From Bacteroidota bacterium (GTDB taxonomy: Bacteria > Bacteroidota > Ignavibacteria > Kryptoniales > JAKASW01): a DNA stretch of 64,000 nt. The position numbers were made by a program, and so were the translations under genes. Below the pieces are notes generated by a model. That model saw only the letters and a program-made list of their open reading frames with translations. It did not search any database and was not told where the DNA came from. Shown here piece by piece: positions 55,322 to 63,040 of the stretch; position 1 is the stretch's first letter, and every line of letters starts with the position of its first letter. The stretch is taken from positions 6,620-70,619 of the forward strand of contig JAJYRM010000005.1 in assembly GCA_021794075.1 (NCBI GenBank), read 5' to 3'.

Positions 55322-56770
55322 TCAATGCATGGATGGCTCGGCCGCAATTTTCTCTTCGGGCAGAATCTCCGAAATCGGCATGGCCATAAGCCAGCCATAT
55401 ATATTTGAGACATAAAGGGTCCCGCCTACTACGACAGGCGAGGATGGACCGAAGGCTCCTCCGATATGCTTGTTCGCAAGAAGAGAGCCGTTCGAAGCCT
55501 CTATGGCCGCAATGTCACCAGACTTGTATGGAACGTAAAGGATTCCTTTATCCAGCACCGCACCGGCGCGGATCTGTGCGCCGAGGTGAACTTTCCAGAG
55601 CTCGCGGCCATTCTTCAGGTCGAGCGCGTAGTAATTTCCGGTCACCGGACTTCCCTCAAAAACATTGCCGTCAGCAATCATCGGAGTTGCCGTCTTCATC
55701 GCCGGTGGAATCACCCCTTGGGAAAACTCTTTCTTCCATACAACTCTCCCGGACGCGGCATCGAGCGCGAGTAAAACATTCGCAACAGGCATTCGTGGAT
55801 CGCCGCTTTGCACGGTCGCTTGCTGTACCACGATGCCATCCGAATAAGCCGGTGTGCAATCTCCCATGCCTGTGGCCACCAGCTTAGGTAGAGTCATCCT
55901 CCAGACCACTTTGCCGGTCCTCTTATCGAGGGCATAGAAGAAATTCGGGTGGGTACCGCCGACAAAAAGGTAATTCCCGCCGAGAACCGGCGAAGACATG
56001 CTTACAAACGAAACGATGTCCGAAATCCATTTCGGCTTCCCGGTCGCCGCGTTCAGCTTGTAGACGTGCCCGTCGCCTGTGCCGATGTATAGATAACCGT
56101 CTTCGTATGCCGCGGTCGGCATCGCCTCGCCCGCGAAGTGATAGACCCAGAGCTTCTTCCCTGTCCTCGCGTCAAGAGCGTAAAGCGAATTGAGCCCAGG
56201 GCCGCGAGTCGGGCGCTTCCCCTGGACGTACAACATGGTATTCGCGTAGTTGAAATAAGCACTACCGGTCGAGACGAACACGCGTCCATCGACGACGATC
56301 GGATTGCTCATATTCATGTTCCATCCGTAATGAGCCCAGATTAACTTCCCAGTAAGCGCGTTCAGCGCGTACGTGTAACCGTTATCGCTCCCGATGTATG
56401 CGATCCCCGCGACGACCGAAGCACCCACGGGCATGCCGACACCGTAAGCGGTAGTGATGATGCTGTTGTTCAGTGGTGCGCCCTCTAGAGGAAGTGCACC
56501 CGCGCCTGCGAACTCCCACTTGACTCCCGCACGCAAGATTTCCGGAACGTCTTTAGTCAGAGGGAAGTCTGCATTTCGACCTGGATTGGAGGAATATGTA
56601 GTCCAGACGGAGGGAAAGTATTTCATGTAATTTACTTCCGGCTGGTTCTGGGGAAAATATTGATCAGGAAATTCAGCCTCGACGGGATTGTCGTTCCTGT
56701 TTTGAGCAAATGCCGGCGCAAATTGCAGAACGGCCATTATGACCAATGTCATGAAAATTCGTGTAAACAC
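55322..56770 (-). CDS. Secreted PQQ-like/BamB-like beta-propeller repeat protein
   Basis: Signal peptide with cleavage at AFA/QN. Repeated blades are YALNALTGKLIW, YALDARTGKKLW, YKLNAATGKPKW, YALDKRTGKVVW, LALDAASGRVVW and YALDLKNGRELW. Confidence 0.85.
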   Translation of the reverse strand: MFTRIFMTLVIMAVLQFAPAFAQNRNDNPVEAEFPDQYFPQNQPEVNYMKYFPSVWTTYSSNPGRNADFPLTKDVPEILRAGVKWEFAGAGALPLEGAPLNNSIITTAYGVGMPVGASVVAGIAYIGSDNGYTYALNALTGKLIWAHYGWNMNMSNPIVVDGRVFVSTGSAYFNYANTMLYVQGKRPTRGPGLNSLYALDARTGKKLWVYHFAGEAMPTAAYEDGYLYIGTGDGHVYKLNAATGKPKWISDIVSFVSMSSPVLGGNYLFVGGTHPNFFYALDKRTGKVVWRMTLPKLVATGMGDCTPAYSDGIVVQQATVQSGDPRMPVANVLLALDAASGRVVWKKEFSQGVIPPAMKTATPMIADGNVFEGSPVTGNYYALDLKNGRELWKVHLGAQIRAGAVLDKGILYVPYKSGDIAAIEASNGSLLANKHIGGAFGPSSPVVVGGTLYVSNIYGWLMAMPISEILPEEKIAAEPSMH

Positions 56771-56854
56771 TTTTTTCTCCTTGAGAATTGTCTTGAAGGA
56801 TATGGCGGCACGTTGCCACGTGGATAGTGGTAAGCCGATTGTAACTACGATGAA

Positions 56855-57316
56855 TTAAAGGCAATAGAAAGGAGGTGCGCGTCCTGCGTAGGATGAGACT
56901 GGACTTGACTGCTCAGAGAAGCTTTCGGCATCCGGAAGAACTGTGTAAGGATTGGGTACAAAAAGACTCACGGTAACTACAGCGGGGCTTACGGCGGTTT
57001 GAGCGAAGAGCTGCGCGGGGCATGTGTGCGCTCTCGGTGCCAGAATGAGTGCGCATGAAAACGGGTTTAACTCAGGCTGGCGATTCACGCTTTCGAAAGG
57101 AAGTGAGCCGAACCGCCCAAGCTGGAATGAGCCGACCACTACAAAATAAATCACCAGAACGTAGCCGGCGACGCTTCTTCGACTGTCCGCTGACATTCGT
57201 TTCCCGTCTCTCATGAATATAGTGACGCTATCGGCGGCGAATAAGTTCCTGAGAAGCCATTCGACATCGAAGGACTCGACTATTCCCTCCCTATCCCTGT
57301 CCGGACATGGTGACAC
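56855..57316 (-). CDS. Hypothetical protein with one predicted TM helix
   Basis: The ORF fills the gap between the acetate-kinase paralogue and the propeller gene on the same strand. The hydrophobic segment is VAGYVLVIYFVVVGSF. The start is GTG and I recognised no family. Confidence 0.35.
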   Translation of the reverse strand: MSPCPDRDREGIVESFDVEWLLRNLFAADSVTIFMRDGKRMSADSRRSVAGYVLVIYFVVVGSFQLGRFGSLPFESVNRQPELNPFSCALILAPRAHTCPAQLFAQTAVSPAVVTVSLFVPNPYTVLPDAESFSEQSSPVSSYAGRAPPFYCL

Positions 57317-57354
57317 AGCTTAATGCCTCTGTGGCCTCAACGCGGGAAATGGAA

Positions 57355-58455
57355 TCAGAAAGTCATCGTCGTCGCAAGCCTAGAGCGACAGTAGCTTTCC
57401 GCTATCAGTCGGTCGAGCGTATCCTGCATAAAGAAGAGCGCTGGATGGAATGGCGCGGAAGATGCTCCGATTAATTTCGGGATAAGGCGTCCTGCAAGTC
57501 TATCTGCCGCTTCGACATATCTCCCCGAGAACGCGACAGTATCGAACCCGCCCATGACGCTCATCGCCGCTCCGCAGCTCAGGAGAATTCTGTACTCAAG
57601 CAAGTCGCTCGCCTTTTCAAAATCTCTCCCTCCGCGGAGCACTTCAGCTATGGTCGCGTTTCTGCCAACGAGGGCCGTGACCCCACTTTTCCTGGAGAGC
57701 ATCTCGTTAATCCTCTCGGGGCCCCATTTCTTTTTCTCCTCGAGGAGCAGAATAATCCCAGGATCGAGTTCTCCACAGGTCGAGTTACCAGGCAGCCCCT
57801 CGAGTGGAGTGGATCCGCCCGAGACAGTCACCGGCTTCCCGTCATAGATACCCGCCACCTCCGGAATCGGCTCGAGACATATCGACAATATTTTTCTCGC
57901 ATCGATTCCTCTCTCCTTGATTTTGCCGGCAAGCGCGCCGTGGAACAGTCCGTGATAGCCATAACGTCGAATGTCCCCAAGACCTTCGCCGTAGGCTTCA
58001 GAGAGATTCCCATCGATGGCGTAAGTTCTTTCGCCGAGCGGCAGGTTGGCGAAGAACGCGGTTTCAAAGAAAAGGTAAATCTCCGGCGTGGGAACGATTC
58101 GCTCCAGCGCCTTAAGCAATCTGACCGAGGGGGGAATGTGTAACGGGGACCGCGCCGCAAGCGATTCGAGTCGTTCGAGTATCGACCTGTCATAAATCTG
58201 CGTTCTCTTGAATTCCTCACCGCCGTATAGAATTCGTACGGCAATTGCCTCGGGGGAATATTTTCCTATAAGCTTGCGAAGCTCTTCCAGTGACAGGCCC
58301 TCGCCTCTGAACCTAATCTTTCCCGTCCACTCTAAACTGCAGGCTTCCCATGGTTTTGTGGCGTGACCGTCCGTCGCCACCGAGTCTGACTCGACAGAAT
58401 AGACATGGTACTCTATGAAATAACCTTCAGGAATTAATACAATCAACCTGCTCAT
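57355..58455 (-). CDS. Acetate-kinase-fold paralogue with degenerate catalytic motifs (pseudo-kinase candidate)
   Basis: It is collinear with the adjacent AckA. LIVLIPEGYFIEY corresponds to FVLNCGSSSLKY, FFETAFFANLP to VLDTAFHSTIP, RRYGYHGLFHG to RKYGFHGISHQ, GNSTCGELDP to MSTRCGDLDP, and FSGRYVE to FTDTIGE. Confidence 0.7.
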   Translation of the reverse strand: MSRLIVLIPEGYFIEYHVYSVESDSVATDGHATKPWEACSLEWTGKIRFRGEGLSLEELRKLIGKYSPEAIAVRILYGGEEFKRTQIYDRSILERLESLAARSPLHIPPSVRLLKALERIVPTPEIYLFFETAFFANLPLGERTYAIDGNLSEAYGEGLGDIRRYGYHGLFHGALAGKIKERGIDARKILSICLEPIPEVAGIYDGKPVTVSGGSTPLEGLPGNSTCGELDPGIILLLEEKKKWGPERINEMLSRKSGVTALVGRNATIAEVLRGGRDFEKASDLLEYRILLSCGAAMSVMGGFDTVAFSGRYVEAADRLAGRLIPKLIGASSAPFHPALFFMQDTLDRLIAESYCRSRLATTMTF

Positions 58456-59689
58456 CTAAACTTTCTCCTTCCTCAGAACCCGATGAATCACGTTCCTGCG
58501 AGACAAAAAGCTCGTAGGAGTTCTTAGCGATTGCCAGCTCTTCATTCGTCTTTACAACAATTATGCGTACCCGGCTGTCCTTCGCCGCAATGTCAGTCGG
58601 GAATTGTGAGACTTTCTTATTCTTCCACTCGTCGAGTTTTACCCCGAAGAATTCCAAATTTCTGCAGACGGCTTCCCGGACGTACGGAACGGACTCGCCT
58701 ATAGTATCAGTGAAGACTATGGCGTCCGCATGTCCCACCACCGTCAGATACGCTCCCATGTATTTTCTTATTCGCCATAGGTAGACATCGAGCGTCATCT
58801 GGGATCTCTCATCGTCAGTCTTCGTCGCGCGAGAGATAACATCCCTAATATCCGATGAAATGCTTGACATGCCCAGGACGCCGCTCTTCTTGTTGAGGAG
58901 GTCATTTACCTTCGAGTAGTTTCCTCCGGAATACGCGATCAACTTCAGGATGAGTGCCGGATCCAAATCCCCGCATCTTGTACTCATGACCAATCCCTGG
59001 AGGGGTGAGAATCCCATCGTATTGTCCACGGACTTCCCCCCAACCACCGCGCAGATGCTGGCGCCTCCCGAACCTAGATGACAGCTGACCGCATTTAGTT
59101 CCTGGAGCGGAATGTGTAAATAGTCCGACGCCGCGCGAGTGACGTATTGATGACTGATCCCATGGAATCCATATTTCCTAATCCCAAGCTGGCCCGCTAT
59201 ATCCGAAGGAATCGGATATGTGTACGCATAGCTCGGTATAGTCGAATGAAACGCCGTGTCGAGGACTACGGCCTGAGGAATCCCAGGATAACCCCTCTTG
59301 CACTCTTCGATAATCTCGACGACCGGCGGATTGTGTATTGGAGCGAGGCCCTTAATAAGTTCGAGAGCCTCAAAGTCGTCGTCCCTTATGATACTGTTGG
59401 AGGGAAACTCCGTCCCACCCTGGACGAGACGGTGAGCAAAGATATCCGGAGACGCGCCGGACTCGCCTGCCAGGAGCTTCATGACTTCGGAGAAAGCTTC
59501 CCTGTAACCCTTCACGCTGACGCGGCGCACGATTTCGCCTCTCGAGTCGTGATGGACTATTCTCGATGACTCCGCTGTCTTGGCCCCGATCCGCTGCACT
59601 TCTCCGCCCAAAATCTCTTCCTCTGAAGGCATGGATATCATCCTGTACTTCAAAGAAGAACTTCCGCAATTCAAAACGAATATGTTCAT
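58427..59689 (-). CDS. ackA: Acetate kinase
   Basis: MNIFVLNCGSSSLKY, HRLVQGG, APIHNPP, VLDTAFH, KYGFHGISHQY, HLGSGGASICAV, STRCGDLDP and FTDTIGES. Confidence 0.92.
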   Translation of the reverse strand: MNIFVLNCGSSSLKYRMISMPSEEEILGGEVQRIGAKTAESSRIVHHDSRGEIVRRVSVKGYREAFSEVMKLLAGESGASPDIFAHRLVQGGTEFPSNSIIRDDDFEALELIKGLAPIHNPPVVEIIEECKRGYPGIPQAVVLDTAFHSTIPSYAYTYPIPSDIAGQLGIRKYGFHGISHQYVTRAASDYLHIPLQELNAVSCHLGSGGASICAVVGGKSVDNTMGFSPLQGLVMSTRCGDLDPALILKLIAYSGGNYSKVNDLLNKKSGVLGMSSISSDIRDVISRATKTDDERSQMTLDVYLWRIRKYMGAYLTVVGHADAIVFTDTIGESVPYVREAVCRNLEFFGVKLDEWKNKKVSQFPTDIAAKDSRVRIIVVKTNEELAIAKNSYELFVSQERDSSGSEEGESLDEQVDCINS

Positions 59690-59780
59690 GTGTCTTTCGT
59701 AATAAATCTTTCAAATGTCTTCAATCGTAATGCTGTTTCAGACAATTACACATCATCCGATAATTACACCTTGCCGTTAC

Positions 59781-61010
59781 TCATATTTCAAGATCCGACG
59801 TCCAGCCGAACACCGGCACGCCGACGAGACTGTGGACGATAGAAGAAGTTCCTAGGATCGCTTCGGTGATTTTGTCCGTCTCTACGTATTCATTTTCAGA
59901 ATGGGCAGCTTCTTCGAGTCCGGGACCGTAACCGACCGTGGGTATATTGAACCGCTTTGTTAGGATGCTTCCCGCGGTGCCCATTCCGAGATGCGGAAGC
60001 TTCCATTTGCCAGGTTGGTTCTTGCAACCGGCCAAAGCGAGGGCTTCGCGCGCGCGATCCATTAGAGGTGAGAATGGATTCGTCTCCCACGCGTTGCTGA
60101 GGAAGCGAACTTGCACCGTCTGCCCACTCTGCAATCTCTGAACTTCTTCCCTTACCTTGATATCGAACTTCAGGTTGTGTTCAGGAGAAATATTCTGCAG
60201 GCTGTAGTCACGAATTCGCTCAGCGAGTTTATCCGTGTCATCATCCGGAAAGAGCCTGCGGTTGAAACTTATCAGGACATTCCCTGATTCAGTGGCAAAC
60301 TTCGGCTTTTCAACGTTCATAAGTTCCAGGTAGCCTGGTAGGCCCTTCAGTTCACTCGCGTTCAACAGATTTTGAAAGACAACTTTCGCGGCGTCCTGGA
60401 GATAGTTTGGATTCGGCGAATCCATGCCTATTCTAAATTCCACCCATCCGTCGTGCCCGTAGAAAAGACCAAGCCCAGTCGGCTCTCCGAGGATCGCGTA
60501 ATCCACCTTGATATTCATTTCAGCAAGCGTCTTGGAAATCAGATGCTGCACTCCGAGACTTAACCCGTTTTCTTCAGACACCGTTGCGGCTACAATCAAA
60601 GTCCCTCGCAGCGGAAGCATTATACGCTTAAGGAGGTATCCGGCGTAGATTTGCGCGGCAAGTCCCCCTTTACAGTCAGAGCTCCCAACACCATGGAGCT
60701 TTCCCCCCGCCAGCTCGCCGGAATACGGAGGCACTTCCCACAAACCTTCCTTCTCGTTTGGAGCGACAGTGTCCATGTGGCTGTTGAGGAGTACGACCGG
60801 TGATGGATCGATTCCATAAATAATTCCGAACACGTTTCCGAAGTCATCCACGATGACTTTGTCATAGCCTAACTGATACATCCTTTTCTCGACGAGCCTG
60901 GCGACGCTGTTCTCGCAGAGACTTGGACTTGGTGTTCTGACGAGATCTGACGCAAACTCCGCGGCTTGCTTGGCAAGGTAGTTCGCGTGTTCTTTCAGAA
61001 GTGTGTACAT
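59781..61010 (-). CDS. M20-family metallohydrolase (ArgE/DapE/YgeY-like)
   Basis: Start at ATG 61010 (MYTLLKEHANYL). Metal-ligand motifs are LLNSHMDTVAP, GVGSSDCKGGLAAQ and TVSEENG, with C-terminal AHSENEYV. Confidence 0.85.
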   Translation of the reverse strand: MYTLLKEHANYLAKQAAEFASDLVRTPSPSLCENSVARLVEKRMYQLGYDKVIVDDFGNVFGIIYGIDPSPVVLLNSHMDTVAPNEKEGLWEVPPYSGELAGGKLHGVGSSDCKGGLAAQIYAGYLLKRIMLPLRGTLIVAATVSEENGLSLGVQHLISKTLAEMNIKVDYAILGEPTGLGLFYGHDGWVEFRIGMDSPNPNYLQDAAKVVFQNLLNASELKGLPGYLELMNVEKPKFATESGNVLISFNRRLFPDDDTDKLAERIRDYSLQNISPEHNLKFDIKVREEVQRLQSGQTVQVRFLSNAWETNPFSPLMDRAREALALAGCKNQPGKWKLPHLGMGTAGSILTKRFNIPTVGYGPGLEEAAHSENEYVETDKITEAILGTSSIVHSLVGVPVFGWTSDLEI

Positions 61011-61044
61011 CGTATTTCCCTTTCTTGGTTTCACCCACATGAGG

Positions 61045-61060
61045 GTCAATGGGCATGCCG
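61045..61060 (-). promoter_or_regulatory. Sigma54-like -24/-12 element CGGCATG-CCCA-TTGAC (imperfect) upstream of the M20/ackA operon
   Basis: The minus strand reads CGGCATGCCCATTGAC with correct GG-N10 spacing and GA instead of GC at -12. The predicted TSS lies about 24 nt upstream of ATG 61010. An A/T tract lies immediately upstream, and an inverted repeat is centred about 80 bp further up. Confidence 0.4.
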
Positions 61061-61129
61061 AATAAAAAGGGCTCCAGGTTCAAAGATTCGCGCTGTTTTG
61101 CATTGTTGCTGAAGGCAAGGCTTTGTATT

Positions 61130-61149
61130 TTGCAATGGTTGCATTGCAA
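61130..61149. promoter_or_regulatory. Perfect inverted repeat TTGCAATG-N4-CATTGCAA (candidate enhancer/UAS for the adjacent XylR-type activator)
   Basis: It has 8-bp perfect arms and lies in the divergent intergenic region, about 105 bp upstream of the predicted sigma54-type transcription start. Confidence 0.45.
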
Positions 61150-61218
61150 TTGGAAATGCCGAATGGATCGAACCAGTGCCCAAGTCAAATCCAAATTGGA
61201 GAACTAAATATCCGAACT

Positions 61219-62862
61219 ATGAGAGCTGAAGACTTAAGGCTAGACGAGATAGTAAATTTTTCGGAAGGGACCCTTACTCTTCGCGGGCGAGAGGTAGTGC
61301 TCCACAGCCTTCACGCGTTCGCGCAGATAAGGAAAGATCTCATAGACACTGCCGGTCTCGAACACGCGAGGAGCATTCTTTCGAGATTCGGCTATTTCCA
61401 GGGACAGGCAGATGCTTCCGACCTCATGAACAATTTCAAGTGGGATGACAAGGAAGAATTAATTCGCGCGGGATGCAAGCTTCACTCGCTGGAGGGGATC
61501 GCGAGAGATATTGTAAACACGCTAGAATACGACCCGGACTCCGGGCACTTCAGGATGGAAATAAGCTGGTACGATTCCAAGGAAGCGCAGGAACATCTTT
61601 ACACGATCGGTCAATCAAGCGAACCTATTTGCTGGATACTCACCGGCTATTTCACGGGTTTCGTCTCGTTAAGTCTTGGCATGGATGTCTATTTCATCGA
61701 GCAATCCTGCAAGGCACAAGGGCAAAATGTTTGCCACGCCACAGGTAAAGACCTCGCTTCATGGGGCGATGCCATCAAGCCGTTTGTCGACTACCTTAAA
61801 ACCCATGACATAAAGTTGAGGATCGAAAAGCTCACGGAGCAACTTAAGCAGAAATCTTCCCTCTTGAAGAAATACGAGAAAGAGATCGCCGCGCTGGGTA
61901 CCGCAGCAAAGCCGTCGTTCATAGAGATTCACAGCAAAGCCTACAAACAAGTCCTTCTCATCGCCAACAAAGTAGCGCGTTATGATTCAACAGTCCTCAT
62001 AACAGGAGAGACCGGCGCGGGAAAGGAAGTCCTCGCGAAGTACATTCACAGGATGTCGCCGCGCTCCAAAGAATCTTTCGTTGCGGTAAACTGCGGAGCA
62101 CTTCCGGAATCTCTTCTCGAAAGCGAATTGTTCGGACACAAGGCCGGCGCTTTCACCGGCGCTGTAAAAGACAGGATCGGCTTATTCGAGGAAGCGGACA
62201 AAGGGACCATATTCCTGGATGAGATTGGCGACATTAGCGAGGCAATGCAGTTGAAGATACTCAGGGTGCTCCAGGAGCGCGAGATCATGAGGGTCGGGGA
62301 AAGCGCGGCTAGGAAAGTCGACATCAGGATAATCGCCGCCACTAACAAAGACCTGCAAGACATGATCACGCACGAGAAGTTCAGGGAGGACCTCTACTAC
62401 AGGCTTAGCGTCATGGAACTGAAGGTTCCGCCGCTTCGCGAGCGCAAGGAGGACATACTCCCTCTTACACGATTCTTCATAGACAGGATATCGAAGAAGC
62501 TCCATATCCGAAACCTGCATATAGACTCCTCGTGCATCGACTATCTGCAGGATTACGGCTGGCCTGGAAACGTGAGGGAGCTAGAAAACGTGATAGAGCG
62601 GGCCGCGATACTGAGTCCTGACGGAAATATTCTGCCGCAGCACCTCCCCCCTTCCGTCGTCAACATGAGCAAGAAGTCATTCAATGCTGTCCTCGATACC
62701 AATCCGTCGCTTGATGAAATGGAGCGGGCTTATATCGAACGCGTGCTGAACCTCACGAACGGGAACAAGTCGAAGGCGGCTCGCATTCTCGGTATAGACG
62801 TCTCCACGCTATGGAGAAAGCTTAAGTCAGGCGCGTCCCACCAGGTGGGCGGCGGGAAATGA
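61219..62862 (+). CDS. Sigma54-dependent transcriptional activator with an XylR-N/V4R-type sensory domain
   Basis: Start at ATG 61219 (MRAEDLRLDEIVNFSEGTL). The N-terminal ~200 aa resembles XylR/DmpR-type V4R sensors. AAA+ motifs are GETGAGKE, HKAGAFTGAV and ESELFGH. The C-terminal HTH is AARILGIDVSTLWRKL. Confidence 0.88.
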   Translation: MRAEDLRLDEIVNFSEGTLTLRGREVVLHSLHAFAQIRKDLIDTAGLEHARSILSRFGYFQGQADASDLMNNFKWDDKEELIRAGCKLHSLEGIARDIVNTLEYDPDSGHFRMEISWYDSKEAQEHLYTIGQSSEPICWILTGYFTGFVSLSLGMDVYFIEQSCKAQGQNVCHATGKDLASWGDAIKPFVDYLKTHDIKLRIEKLTEQLKQKSSLLKKYEKEIAALGTAAKPSFIEIHSKAYKQVLLIANKVARYDSTVLITGETGAGKEVLAKYIHRMSPRSKESFVAVNCGALPESLLESELFGHKAGAFTGAVKDRIGLFEEADKGTIFLDEIGDISEAMQLKILRVLQEREIMRVGESAARKVDIRIIAATNKDLQDMITHEKFREDLYYRLSVMELKVPPLRERKEDILPLTRFFIDRISKKLHIRNLHIDSSCIDYLQDYGWPGNVRELENVIERAAILSPDGNILPQHLPPSVVNMSKKSFNAVLDTNPSLDEMERAYIERVLNLTNGNKSKAARILGIDVSTLWRKLKSGASHQVGGGK

Positions 62863-63040
62863 AGATAAAGCGCGGACTCGAACCGTGAAATCGCCCGATC
62901 ACACTTCGTTTTAGGAGCGCATCATTTACTTCTTGGATTGTAGAGCAACCGTGAAAAGGGGGACACAAAACATCGCGCCCTCACGAATCTGTTTCTGACG
63001 CGAAACCAGCCGTGAGAGCGCGACGCTCGTTTAAGTCAAC

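Noticed and set aside
61145-61160. The minus-strand string GGCATTTCCAATTGCA, which looks like a better sigma54 promoter (GGCA...TTGCA).
   Set aside because: The GG-to-GC spacing is 11 nt instead of the strictly conserved 10. The TTGCA also forms one arm of the 61130-61149 inverted repeat, so it is more likely part of the activator binding site.
62871-62887. A tRNA T-arm-like sequence on the minus strand (CACGGTTCGAGTCCGCG), which raised the possibility of a tRNA gene or a tRNA-derived attachment-site remnant.
   Set aside because: I could not fold a cloverleaf. There is no matching acceptor stem or anticodon arm in the upstream ~70 nt, the T-stem has a mismatch, and no integrase or direct repeat is nearby.
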